From Eledone cirrhosa (Eukaryota): a stretch of 64,000 nucleotides of DNA. The notes beneath the pieces are model-generated. The model saw only the letters and a list, made by a program, of their open reading frames with translations, made no database searches and was not told where the DNA came from. The stretch spans positions 25,172,001 to 25,236,000 of the forward strand of contig OZ024745.1 of assembly GCA_964016885.1 (NCBI GenBank). The letters run 5' to 3'. Both the position numbers and the translations under genes were made by a program. Shown here piece by piece: positions 1 to 10,278 of this stretch; positions within the stretch are counted from its first letter, which is position 1; each line of letters begins with the position of its first letter.

Positions 1-94
1 ATTAATAAGAAGAGAATATAATGAACTTTTTACCTCTTAAAATCATATTGATTTCAGATTTATGAACTCTCTCTCTCTTTATGTATATATGACA

Positions 95-250
95 AGCTTT
101 CTCATAGTTTCCCCTCTATCAAATTCAGTCACAAGGCATTATGTGATTAGGTGGCCTGAGGCTACAGTAGAAGACACTTGCCCAGAGTGACATATTTGGA
201 ACTGAACCTGAAACCATGTGGTTGTGAAGCAAACTTAACCACACAGCTTA
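95..250 (-). mobile_element. tRNA-derived CORE-type SINE (related copies ~26400-26520, 42130-42270, 43050-43200)
   Basis: Reverse strand reads GCTGTGTGGTTAAG...GGTTCAG...GGGCAAGTGTCTTCTACTGTAGCCTCAGG, i.e. A/B-box-like head plus CORE-like segment. Recurs in the window. Confidence 0.7.
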
Positions 251-626
251 GCTTGTGCTAAATTATATAGTGTAGAGGGTCACATTTAAATCTTTAATTT
301 TATCATTGAAGTTTGATTGATCTTAAAATATTTGAGTACATGGAAGCTATGAAAAGATTCAACAACAGAAGCTTCTAGATGTTTTACAGCTTCCCTTGTT
401 TCCTTATGACATAATCTGCCTCCCATTCGCCTTCAATGTTTGACATTTTATTTTTATTTTATTTTTCCCTTTTTTTTCTGTTTTATTACATGTCTCACTA
501 ACTCTTTTCGTTTACCAACTGTAAGGAGTACTCAATACTTCCCTAGTCTGGCATGGCTTACTAGCTCTGTACGGACGTTTAAATTGAATAAATAAATAAG
601 CCCTGTTATTTCATTTCCATTGCCAG

Positions 627-696
627 AGGGTCTTGCAGTTGGTGTAGGCTTTGGTGCTATTGGCAAAAGCAAATCTGCTACATTTGAAAGTGCAAG
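627..696 (+). CDS. SLC39A11: ZIP11 zinc transporter, internal coding exon (EGLAVGVGFGAIGKSKSATFESAR)
   Basis: Pyrimidine tract and CAG acceptor ending at 626, GT donor at 697. The translation matches the ZIP11/GufA segment after HNxPEG. It ends in phase 2, compatible with the next exon. Confidence 0.95.
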
Positions 697-984
697 GTAC
701 GTATTATTTCTGTTTTTGTTTTGGAGGTGGTGGAGGTGATATGCGCCGGGAGTTATCATTTAATTTTTAGATTTATTTTTTCAGCGCTGATATAGAATGA
801 CAGATTTTACAAATTTGTTTATTTGTATGGGGCTTGTAGACATAAGTATTGTCATCTCTGTCAATTGAGGCAGAGTGATAATTCATAGAATAAGACAAAA
901 GTTTACAAAAGCAAAGCACAGCTACAATCAGAGGAGATAGTCAGGCAATGTGAAGTATATGTGTGTGTAACACAGCCTTCATAG

Positions 985-1495
985 TCATCACCGTTTAACA
1001 TTTATTTTCCATGTTAGCTTAGGTTAGACGAGTTGTCCCATTGTGTGACAAGTCAGATTAGATGACCTTGTCTTGCTCATATAGAACTGATTCTGGCTTG
1101 ATTTCTACAGCTAGATGCCTTTCCAAACTCCAACCAGATTTATAGTGTGAACTAGGCGCTTCTTATTGTCACCAAAACAACCAGCTGACAGGTTGGACTG
1201 CGTACTTTTTCATCATGTCACCAGTACGACTACCTTACAGAGTGAACCAGGTGCTTTTTGTCACCAGCACAAGCACTTTACAGGGTGGACCGGGTACTTT
1301 TTGTTGTGTCACCAAGATGATCACCTTACAGGGTGGACCGGTTGCTTTTTGTTGTGTCACCAACATGACCACCTTATAGGGTGGACTGGGTACTTTTTGA
1401 CGTGTCACTAACACGAACACCTTACAGGGTGGACTGGTTACTTTTTGTTGTGTCACCACCACGACCATGTTACAGTGTGGAGAGTTTGCTTTTTG
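985..1495 (-). mobile_element. SINE with RTE-type (GAT)n tail and internal 48-bp tandem repeat
   Basis: Family signature catcat..ttaac..ttccatg..agc..ggttagacg...ctacagctggatgcccttcctaac recurs at ~4940, 17810, 26105, 47890, 54120 and 55131. The unit caccttacagggtggac..gtgtcaccaacatgac repeats every 48 bp at 1140-1495. Confidence 0.75.
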
Positions 1496-1600
1496 TCGTA
1501 CTTATATATCAAATATTTTTGGTATGTCTCATCTCTTTTGAAACTCCTCTTTAATTTCTTCATTTATTTTATGTATCTATTTCCAAAATGTTGCTTTCAG

Positions 1601-1699
1601 AAATTTAGCCATTGGTATTGGAATACAGAATTTTCCTGAAGGTTTAGCAGTCAGCTTGCCTTTACGTGGTGCTGGCTTTTCCATGTTGAAATCTTTCTG
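1601..1699 (+). CDS. SLC39A11: ZIP11 internal coding exon ([34 protein letters not shown])
   Basis: ttgctttcAG acceptor ending at 1600, GTAAAG donor at 1700. Contains the QNFPEG metal-site motif typical of ZIP11. 99 nt, phase 2-2. Confidence 0.96.
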
Positions 1700-2159
1700 G
1701 TAAAGAACTTCTTTATTTTTTCATCATTATCATTGTTGTCCTCCTCCTCCAAACACATACAACCACCACCATCACCACCATTATTTAACATTTACTAGCA
1801 AAGATTGGACATGTTGTTACACATCAAATCAGTACTGAAGTGGAGCTATTAACTTTTTAGTTGGGCTGGGCGTCTGTGTCTTGTTTATATACATTCCTGC
1901 ATTCCACCAAGTACTCAAACTAAATGTAGGTCTGCACTTCATTTACGTGCATTCCTGTGCTCTTTCTGATCACCATGAGGAGGTAGGTGGCACATAGGAG
2001 CAGGAATGTAGATCTATCCAAAAATGCTCAAAGAGGATACTGGTATAAAATCTGATTCTGAAATCAAAATCTTGATGGAGGACAAATCACTTGGAGGCAG
2101 AGTGGTTGATGATGATAATATATATATATATGTAATCCTTTTTATTTCCATGTATGTCT

Positions 2160-2165
2160 GCCTAC

Positions 2166-2209
<44 letters not shown>

Positions 2210-2390
2210 ATCGACGGGGTATTAAACAACCCATTTGTGGCGCCTCCCCCCTATTGGGGATTTCGATTGTTGTAATTGTTTGTTTTTATATTTTTTACAC
2301 GACTGTATGTAAAATCCCCGGCATGTCTTTGTATTGTCCCCTTTTCTTGTGCGCCCTTGTGGCTAATAAAGAAATATATCTATCTATCAA
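2160..2390 (+). mobile_element. Probable LINE 3' end with AATAAA embedded in a (TATC)n microsatellite
   Basis: A unique ~165-bp segment ending CTTGTGGCTAATAAAGAAA is flanked on both sides by (TATC)n. Confidence 0.45.
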
Positions 2391-2405
2391 TATATATATA
2401 TATAA

Positions 2406-2844
2406 AATTAGAATTTAGCTTTGGCATAGCTGTATACATAGTACATGTGTGTGAATTTCATATATCTAAAGATATACGGTATATTTAATAAATAAACATT
2501 TTAAAAGCCCACCTATGAATAGAAAGGCTGACCGCCAGCGCCGTCTAGCGGATTCCAGCAGAAACAGTGAAGGATAATTGTCTATGCATTTTGAACTCTG
2601 GCTCTCATTAAGAGAATGCTTCTCCTTGCTTGCTGCTGGATTTTTCCGCCTTTGTAGGTGGGCTGATTAGCCTCATTTACATATGTATAAATTGGCTCAA
2701 CTTAAAAGTAGAATTAGAATTTAGCTTCGGCATATCTGTATGTGAATTTCGTATATCTAAAGATGTATGGTATGTTTAATAAATAAACATTTTGAAAGCC
2801 CAGCTATGAATAGAAAGGTTGACACAGCCTTTCTATTCATAGCC
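2406..2844. repeat. ~120-bp direct repeat (2406-2532 / 2713-2823) ending in a 19-bp hairpin (2803-2844)
   Basis: aattagaatttagct...cccacctatgaatagaaaggctgac occurs twice. gctatgaatagaaaggttg-aca-cagcctttctattcatagc forms a fold-back. Confidence 0.8.
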
Positions 2845-2954
2845 GTTGGAATTTCCAGAGGTTGATTGAGGAGATGTAACTATCTATGTTTCTGTTGTTT
2901 TCTCCATTGTCTTTGTCCTGTGTGTCCCCTATTTTGAATATATATATATATATA

Positions 2955-2990
<36 letters not shown>

Positions 2991-3217
2991 CATACATGGA
3001 TGCAAACAGACACATACGTGTACACAGTAATTTCCAGCAAAATGTAAAGAATAAAATTTACTTATTTTCTATAAATATGCTGCTACAAAAATACGGAAAT
3101 TTAACAATCATTAAGACCTTGCGAATTTCATTGCTCATTACTGATTTTCTATACATTCAGTTTAACAGCTCCTGTTTTTCTATTTTTAATTAAAATTTTT
3201 ACTATTAATAATATATA

Positions 3218-3372
3218 CCGTATTTCCCGGCGTCGAGGACGCTACCTTTTCCCTAAAATAAGTCTAAAAAAACTACCGTGCGTCATGGAAGCCGAAGTTT
3301 GTTTATTATTTTTTTTCAAATTTTTGGTTGTCAAAATTAGGGTACGTCCTCAAGGACGAAGCGGAAATACGG
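3218..3372. mobile_element. Tc1/mariner-pogo (Tc2-like) MITE
   Basis: TIRs CCGTATTT...AAATACGG with TA on both sides. Related elements at 28433-28694 and, degenerate, ~24491-24838. Confidence 0.8.
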
Positions 3373-4239
3373 TATATATATATCCTATTACTTTTAACAC
3401 TGTTTCTTTTTTCTTCTTCTTTCTTTTTCATATATACGGAAATTGAGTACGTTTCGTCGTCTCTGTTTACATTTTTAAAAACATTTTCTGTCATAAAATT
3501 TTACTTCCACTCTATTAGTATTGGCAAAATAGGACATTGCTAAAATAACTATCAGTAATGTATTACAGTCCATTGAAATAAATATGAGTACCTATTACAG
3601 AATTGATCTTAAGTTTAGCCAAATGAGGTTAATATTAAACGAAGTTTGAAATTGGAGATAGCAGAAGCTGTAGAACATTAAATTATACGTCGGAGAGTTA
3701 GGGGTGGGGCTTTGTCTTTCATTTCTTCAGCAGCTATAAATATAAGTAATATAATATTGAGAACTTGATATCTACGGATTTAGTATTAGTGTGAACAAAT
3801 ATTTTGTGGTATTTAGTTACGTTTTGAATTCAAACCACGCCATTAGATTTATTTCTTGTGCTGCGGTATATGTAGTTAATCTACTATATTCCGTCCCACT
3901 AAATTTGTGGCGTTCTACCTATGTTAAAAATCAATATCGTATTGTAAAGTTGATTGAAAGGATTTCATCTTTCGCTCCCCGAAATGAAAACAAAACAAAT
4001 ATTTATCTAAGGGAGGTAATAAATATTCCTTTAGAGTTATCTTTCTTATATATTCTTTATTTATTAACATAATTTGACTAGATATTCGTTTCTAGAATTG
4101 GCGAATGATATTTTAATAGATTAATGATTAATAAAAAAAAAATAATAAAGTGGATTAATGATTCATTTTAAATGTTGCTATTTGATTAATGTGTAGTGAT
4201 CTGGTCGCCTAAAGTAGAAACAATTATCATTTGTTAGGC

Positions 4240-4458
4240 TGGTAGATTGGTCGTATCGATAGCGCGTCATACGTCTTGTGACATAGAGTTACGGTCCTTT
4301 ACATTCTCAGTTCAAATCCCGCAGAGATTAGCGTTGCCTTTCATCCTTACGGGGTCGATAAAATAAAGCACCAGTAACGTACTGGGGTTGATTTAATCGA
4401 CTTTCCTCCTCCCCCAAAATTGCTGGCCTTGTGCCTAAAGTAGAAATAATTATTATTC
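4240..4458 (+). mobile_element. tRNA-derived SINE with Meta-like central domain
   Basis: B-box GAGTTCAAATCCC-like motif, then GCCTTTCATCCTTACGGGGTCGATAAAATAAAG(T/C)ACCAG and an (ATT)n tail. Many copies in the window. Confidence 0.85.
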
Positions 4459-4459
4459 G

Positions 4460-4580
4460 TTAAATGTTTGAAATCTAGGCACAGCCAGTAGTTTGAAGGA
4501 AAGAAGTGTACTTTATCGATTCTAGTACTTAACTGGTACTTTATTTTATCGACCCTGGAGGGTGAAAGGCAAAGTTGACC
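4460..4580 (-). mobile_element. Truncated Meta-like SINE, tail-to-tail with the previous copy
   Basis: actggtactttattttatcgaccc...gaaaggcaaagttgacc is the reverse complement of the family core. Confidence 0.8.
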
Positions 4581-4620
4581 ATCCTTAATTGTGCCTTTAT
4601 ATTTGCATCTTGTCATACAG

Positions 4621-4779
4621 GTATGGCCAGTTAAGTGGTATGGTTGAACCCTTAGCTGGGTTATTTGGAGCCCTGGCTGTATCAATAGCTGAACCATTAC
4701 TACCCTATGCGCTTGCTTTTGCTGCTGGTGCCATGATATATGTTGTTATTGATGACATCGTCCCAGAAGCCCAGATGTG
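4621..4779 (+). CDS. SLC39A11: ZIP11 internal coding exon (YGQLSGMVEPLAGLFGALAVSIAEPLLPYALAFAAGAMIYVVIDDIVPEAQM)
   Basis: catacAG acceptor ending at 4620, GTAGGT donor at 4780. Near-identical to the known ZIP11 TM6-TM7 region. Frame is continuous with the previous exon. Confidence 0.96.
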
Positions 4780-5189
4780 GTAGGTAACTTATTTGTTTTC
4801 TAGAAAACTAAGTAATCTTGTGTTTTTGTGTCCGCTCATGATATATACTCAAATCAAAAAGGTTGAAGCTGCACATTAAGTTAAACTTTGTGAAAAATGT
4901 TATCACATATTATTTCCATTTTATATTAGTTAGTCAACATATCATCATCATCATTGTTTAACGTCTATCTTCCATGCTAGCATGGGTTTGACGGGAATTG
5001 TCCCACGGGTGACCGTGTCTCACTCGTATAGGACTATCTGACAGGTTTTCTACGGCTGGATGCCCTTCCTAACGCCAACTACATTTACAGTATGGACTGG
5101 GAGCTTTTTACCGTGTACCTACATGGCCACATTACAACATGGACTGTGTGTTTTTTTGTCGTGACACCTACACGACCTCATTTGTTTGG

Positions 5190-5220
<31 letters not shown>

Positions 5221-5270
5221 GATTAAGTAGAATCGAAGTTAGTGTTGCAGCTTATGTACACACTCTATTT

Positions 5271-5338
5271 GCATATTACAATTGTTTCAATATCGATCAG
5301 CTCAAGGTACAATCAAAATGACATCCCGTCAGATATGC
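5271..5338 (-). ncRNA. Mirror-image hammerhead motif with a core substitution (CTGACGG, A9G), probably impaired
   Basis: Minus strand reads GCATAT-CTGACGG-GATGTC...GATATT-GAAA-CAATTG-TA-ATATGC. Confidence 0.7.
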
Positions 5339-5366
5339 TACTTTATGTCTTTGCACATATAAACGT

Positions 5367-5454
5367 GCATATCTGATGAGATGTCAAAAAGATTCAGGCC
5401 ATGTCAATTTGATTGTACACTGAGCTGATCAATATTGAAACAATTGTAATATGC
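5367..5454 (+). ncRNA. Type I hammerhead ribozyme motif, minimal Penelope-like-element type
   Basis: Stem I GCATAT(5367-72)/ATATGC(5449-54). Core CTGATGA (5373-79). Stem II GATGT/ATATT around a long loop. GAAA (5437-40). Palindromic stem III CAATTG. GTA cleavage triplet (cut after 5448). AATAAA follows. Confidence 0.8.
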
Positions 5455-5630
5455 CAATAAAGTTTGTACATATGCTGCAACACTGACTTTGATCCTATTT
5501 AATCTATTTACACTGTGTGAACTACAGCTGCCTTAACTCTGGAATACAACCCAACACAAGATGGATCTTGTTACAGCATGGAGAAATTTGAACACCGCGC
5601 CACTTGTAACTGTAGTTACACACCTAACTA

Positions 5631-5674
<44 letters not shown>

Positions 5675-5780
5675 GTGCATGGGTTAGACGGGTTGTCCTG
5701 TTGTGGGCAGTGTCCGGTTGGCTGACCTTGTCTTGCTCATACGGGAACTGATTCTGGCTTTTATATATATATATATATAT

Positions 5781-6307
5781 ATACTATAAAGTATGTCCAT
5801 AGAATCATTTGATAATATATATATACATCATTTCCTCTCCCAATTAGCATAATCAACCACACAAAAAATCAATTAAACCAGGCTATAAGATTAAAAGGCA
5901 CCTATGAAGAAATAGTAGATAAATAAATGACAGCAGTCTATTCGCGACCAACCGCCATAGAATATTTACCCAACATTTCAATAGCACGTGGAAATCGATT
6001 AGATATACCGTCAACCATACACAATTAGATATATAATTAATAACTTTAATTTTATACCTAATTGTGTATGGTTGACGGTATATTTAATCGATTTCCACGT
6101 GCTATTGAAATGTTGGGTAAATATTCTATAGCGGTTGGCCGTGAATAGATTGCTGTTGTTTATTTATCTACTATTTCTTCATATGTGCCTTTTAATCTTA
6201 TAGCCTGGTTTAATTGATTTTTTGTGTGGTTAATTATGCTAATTGGGAGAGGAAATGGTGTATATATATATTATCAAATGATTCTATGGACATACTTTAT
6301 AGTATAT
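5781..6307. repeat. Long inverted repeat (~255-bp arms, short AT-rich spacer) starting at a (TA)n tract
   Basis: ~5781-6033 is the reverse complement of ~6053-6307, with about 11 mismatches by manual count. Confidence 0.95.
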
Positions 6308-6731
6308 TGCTGATTATTTAATTTATTAATTCATCATTGAGCCACATCGTGAATGGTTGCCAAAACATATATATCTGTGACTTTGTCTAGTTTGTGTATA
6401 TGTAAATCTTTATATATATATATATAACTAGCATTAATCCTTCATATTCAGCGTATGAACTTTTCAACATACCCTCGTATTGTGGCTCTAGACATAAAGA
6501 AAAGATCTTTCATATGTATTCTGTAATATCTGGCAAGTGTGCATAGCATGTAACAGATGTCTCACTCTATTATATATATTTGGATTATAATGTGACAGCT
6601 GGTCTAGGACAATGTTGCTGCTTATTCTGACTTATCTACCAAGCTGGTACCTATCATAAATGGTCCTAGTGAGAGTGAGTAGGTAGGATATGATTAATAT
6701 CCCTTATTTAATGAAAGTTTAAGCTTTTTTA

Positions 6732-6847
6732 ATATAGAAAAGGCTTTTACAGGACTACAACTGTTTCATTTAGAAAAAATCATCAGGCTTTCCTGTTGAT
6801 TTCTTCTGAATGAAACAGTTCTAGTCCTGTAGAAGCCTTTTCTATAT
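6732..6847. repeat. 56-bp-arm hairpin with degenerate hammerhead cores on both strands
   Basis: Arms 6732-6787 and 6792-6847, loop CTTT. Minus strand CTGATGA..GAAA-CAGTTG-TA; plus strand CTGTTGA..GAAA-CAGTTC-TA. Confidence 0.8.
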
Positions 6848-7309
6848 GAAACTTGATATATATCATCATCATCATTTAACATCTACGTTCCATCAAACTC
6901 CCTCCCCACCCCTCATGATGAGACATGGTGAAAGGTACAACGCCCATATTGCAGCCCTAGGCAAGGTACATTACTCTGCTTGCTTAACTCAGTTTAACTG
7001 GAAAATAGAAACCACACCCATTTCACAGTTGAGTGGTTAGCACCCATTTCATAGTTGAGTGGTTAACATTCATGTCATAGTTGACTTGTTAACTATGGAA
7101 ACATAACTTTCGGCAATTTAATTTGCAACAAAAATGCTATTCATGCTAACATAATTTTTTTAATGATACAATTATTTTTTTATTTTTCAAATATACACAG
7201 CAACTCTCCATCCCTCACCCATAAAAACAAACAAGCAAACTCCACATCTTCAGTTAAATAACTACATAATTGTTTCTACTATTGGCACAAGGCCAGCAAT
7301 TACCCATAC

Positions 7310-7788
7310 TACATAATGTGAACAAGATAGCAAATCATTTCCCTGAAGAACAGCCAGCAATATCTACTGCATCAGCCATTGCACCTCATGGGGCTCTTTC
7401 CTCAGGTTTGTTACCCTCATCCAGATTTAGCGAAGAACTGTAGAGGTCTGGGGATTGAGGACACTGGAGATCACAATAGTGCCCAGTGCAGGACCCCAGC
7501 CAGCTTTAACCTTCCTAGAAAGCAATGGGTGTCCCTTAATTGGATCCACACAACATATGCCAGGACAGCCCATCATCTCTAATGAGGGAAAATGAAAGAC
7601 AGCCCATCATGTGACTGTGGGGACCCAGACCAGACAGTGCTGCATGTTGTTGGGAGTTGCCCCCTCAGACGTTTTCCCGGTGGCCTGGAAGCAATCCATA
7701 ATACTACAAATGATGCCTTAATCAGGCTCACCAATCACGATCTGTCTCTCTCTAAGCGTTGTACATATGTCATACGACAAGAAGAAGA
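7310..7788 (+). mobile_element. Ingi/Vingi-like LINE 3' end
   Basis: Degenerate PASFNLPRKQWVSLN..HT and DSPSCDCGDPDQTVLHVVGSCP (CCHC knuckle), followed by a CATACGACAAGAAGAAGA tail. Confidence 0.7.
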
Positions 7789-8424
7789 CCAGTACAATAT
7801 AGAATCTGACTGGTATTTAATCATTTACCACTCTTTTGCAACTCTCTTTCTCATGACTGAGGCAAAAACATTAGCACGGGATAGTGTGTCACAACACATG
7901 GCATCCCAAAAGAGTAGCTTACCTTCCTCAAACAGGAAGAGAGTTATTCTGTACCTACCATTGCCACAGTTGGGGGCCAACAAGGATGATATTGATGAGA
8001 TGCCTGCAGCATTGGAGCTCCTTTTGACCTTTTTGATACCAACACCTTCCAAAAATGTTCTAGTTTTATGATACCAAATTACCCCTTTTTAAAATGTTCA
8101 TATTTAACATTAAAACCTTCCACCATAATTTTAAGAAATAAAAAAAAATTATGTTCCTAACACCAGCTTATTTATGAAAAGCATTATTTTATTAAATTAC
8201 TCCAAGTTTTGGATTATTTTCAAAACACATAGTGGTGGTGCCATGATATACACCCTGTATATGCCACGAGTTAGTTGGTATTAGAAAGGGCATTCAATTA
8301 TAGAAACCATGCCAAAATGGAACATATAGCCAAGATGCAGTCATTTTACCTGTCTAACCTCAGAATGTGACAACCAGTCCAACCCATGCAATTCTATAAA
8401 TTAGATGTAAAATGGTGATGATGA

Positions 8425-8640
8425 TAATAATAGTTTCTTATTTAGGCACAAGGCCAGTAATTTTGGAGAGAAAGTCAATCAAATTGACCCAGTGCATTAC
8501 TGGTACTTTATTTTATTGACCCTGTAAGGATAAAAGGCAAAGCTAACCTCGGCGGGATTTGAACTGAGAAGGTAAAGGGACATAACTCTATGCTGCAAAG
8601 CAAGATGTCCAACACTCTACCGATTCTGCCAAATGACTGC
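8425..8640 (-). mobile_element. Meta-like SINE
   Basis: Reverse complement of the family core (ggcacaaggccag...actggtactttattttattgaccc...gggatttgaact). Confidence 0.8.
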
Positions 8641-8699
8641 CCTTGATGATGATAATGATGATGATGTAGCATGCTTTGAATGATCAGATTCTTGTAAAG

Positions 8700-8990
8700 A
8701 GAAAAAAAAATTGAAGAATTTGGCAAGAATTGCAACCATTTGCACTTTATGTTGCTGTGTACATGGTGGTGAGGCTGGCAGAGTGGAAAAGGAAAATTTT
8801 GGTAGAGCTGGATGCAAAGCAGACAGAAAATTTACATCATATTTGAGAACTGTTTGCAAAGAGGATTTGGCGAAATTGGTTGAGGTCTTCTTGGCAAAGA
8901 GCCAAATGAACAAACTGCAATTTGGCAGTTGAGAAAGCTTGTGGGCTGTTTGATGCATAATAGCATTTTCTGCATATTGGATGGCAGTTA
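8700..8990 (-). mobile_element. Degenerate LINE ORF2 fragment (CR1/Jockey-like)
   Basis: Minus-strand peptide KLSQLPNCSLFIWLFAKKTSTNFAKSS resembles the endonuclease-RT linker of such LINEs. Confidence 0.35.
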
Positions 8991-9049
8991 TAGTAGTAGT
9001 CAGCTATTTAGTAGAGGTGGGAGATTTTTGTTGCTTTATAGCTTGTATA

Positions 9050-9218
9050 CAAGGGTTGGCTGCGAAGTTCATAGGCTAACCAAGATACTCTCATGGAATG
9101 ACCTGGAAAGTAACAATGCAGTTATTATTAAGAAAAGTTGAAATTAATGCATGCAAAATTTCACAGCTCTAGCACCACTCCTTCATAGTCATCCTATGAA
9201 CTTTACAACTGACCCTTG
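9050..9218. mobile_element. mariner-type MITE (second copy 23145-23324)
   Basis: TIR CAAGGGTTGGCTGCGAAGTTCATAGG / CCTATGAACTTTACAACTGACCCTTG. TA at the left flank. Internal sequence is shared with the second copy. Confidence 0.8.
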
Positions 9219-10278
9219 TTTGTAATATAATAGCACAACTACATATGAATCACTTGGCTGATTTAGGGCTATGGTCTTGAGTTATGTGAGAGGCTTGAAG
9301 GAACATTTCTACTAGGGAGTTTCAGGCATCTGCTTAGCTATGCCTGATGTATCTAGGGGGAAATGCATTTGTAGTTAGGGGTAGTTAACATAAATCTCTG
9401 CTTGCCAACTGGTTAGATAACATTAAGTGATATAGGGTTTAGTATATAATGATCGCTGAGTAGTATGTGGATGTGTATGGTAGGGTGGTGGCTATTATTA
9501 GGCAGTTGTTGAACAATCCAATATCTACAAATCTGGTTATGGATTAGTAATGGCTGAGTTTGATGGTGATAAAAAGATTAAAGATGTTTAGAGTGAATGA
9601 GTGTCAGTTTTCCAAGAGTTTTATTAAAAGTTCAACAGGCCACTGCATCAGACATAATGATGATGGGGAAAATAAGTTAGTGCTCTGGCAACATACTGAG
9701 GGAAGAACCTGTAGAGGAAGGAGAAAAATCACCTATGTGGACACTCTGCTCGGTCTAGAGAAAACCTTTGGCAAGGTCCCACACACACTGGGCTTGATTT
9801 GGTGGTCAATCTGGTGAAATATTTGTGAGAATAACTAAGACTAAATTTCGTAAGAAGCTCATGCTATCTGTTAAATGTATGTCTTATTTCAAACTATTCA
9901 AGTATTTTAGTAATTAGTGTTAAATATATGATTTACATACAGTTTATGGGTATCAGTGCCTCAACATGGCCACAGCCCACAGGCAATCATAGGTAAAGGA
10001 ATAAATACATATATTTGTCCAACCTTTGTTTGCAGGGAAAATGGATGATGATGATGTAGTGCACATGATGTTCTTACAAGTTACAAAACAATAAAAGACC
10101 TAGAATTTAAGTTAAGTAGGTTCCCTTAAATCATAGATCCATTCCAACTGGCCCACTGAATCCATCTGCCTCTCCCTTCTACCTCAGGTCTGGCATATCA
10201 GTAGGGATGTACTGGGGCTTTCATTCAAGTTCTTGAAACAATCATGTGGGGTGATCAGGATCAGATACCTATAGGTAC

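Larger units (their letters stand above)
5219..5506. repeat. Fold-back palindrome abutting a (TA)n tract, carrying one hammerhead motif per arm
   Basis: 5219-5338 is the reverse complement of 5367-5506 apart from scattered substitutions and a 20-nt insertion in the right arm. Confidence 0.9.

Noticed and set aside
4589-4783. ORF-track call of a standalone 64-aa protein
   Set aside because: It is the ZIP11 exon 4621-4779 plus intronic flanks.
5985-6010. GAAA-TCGA-TT resembling a hammerhead half in the large palindrome
   Set aside because: No upstream CTGANGA at a usable distance.
6425-6580. Small Helitron-like relic (ACTAG...TATTATATATAT)
   Set aside because: The hairpin and 5' terminus are too degraded to support a call.
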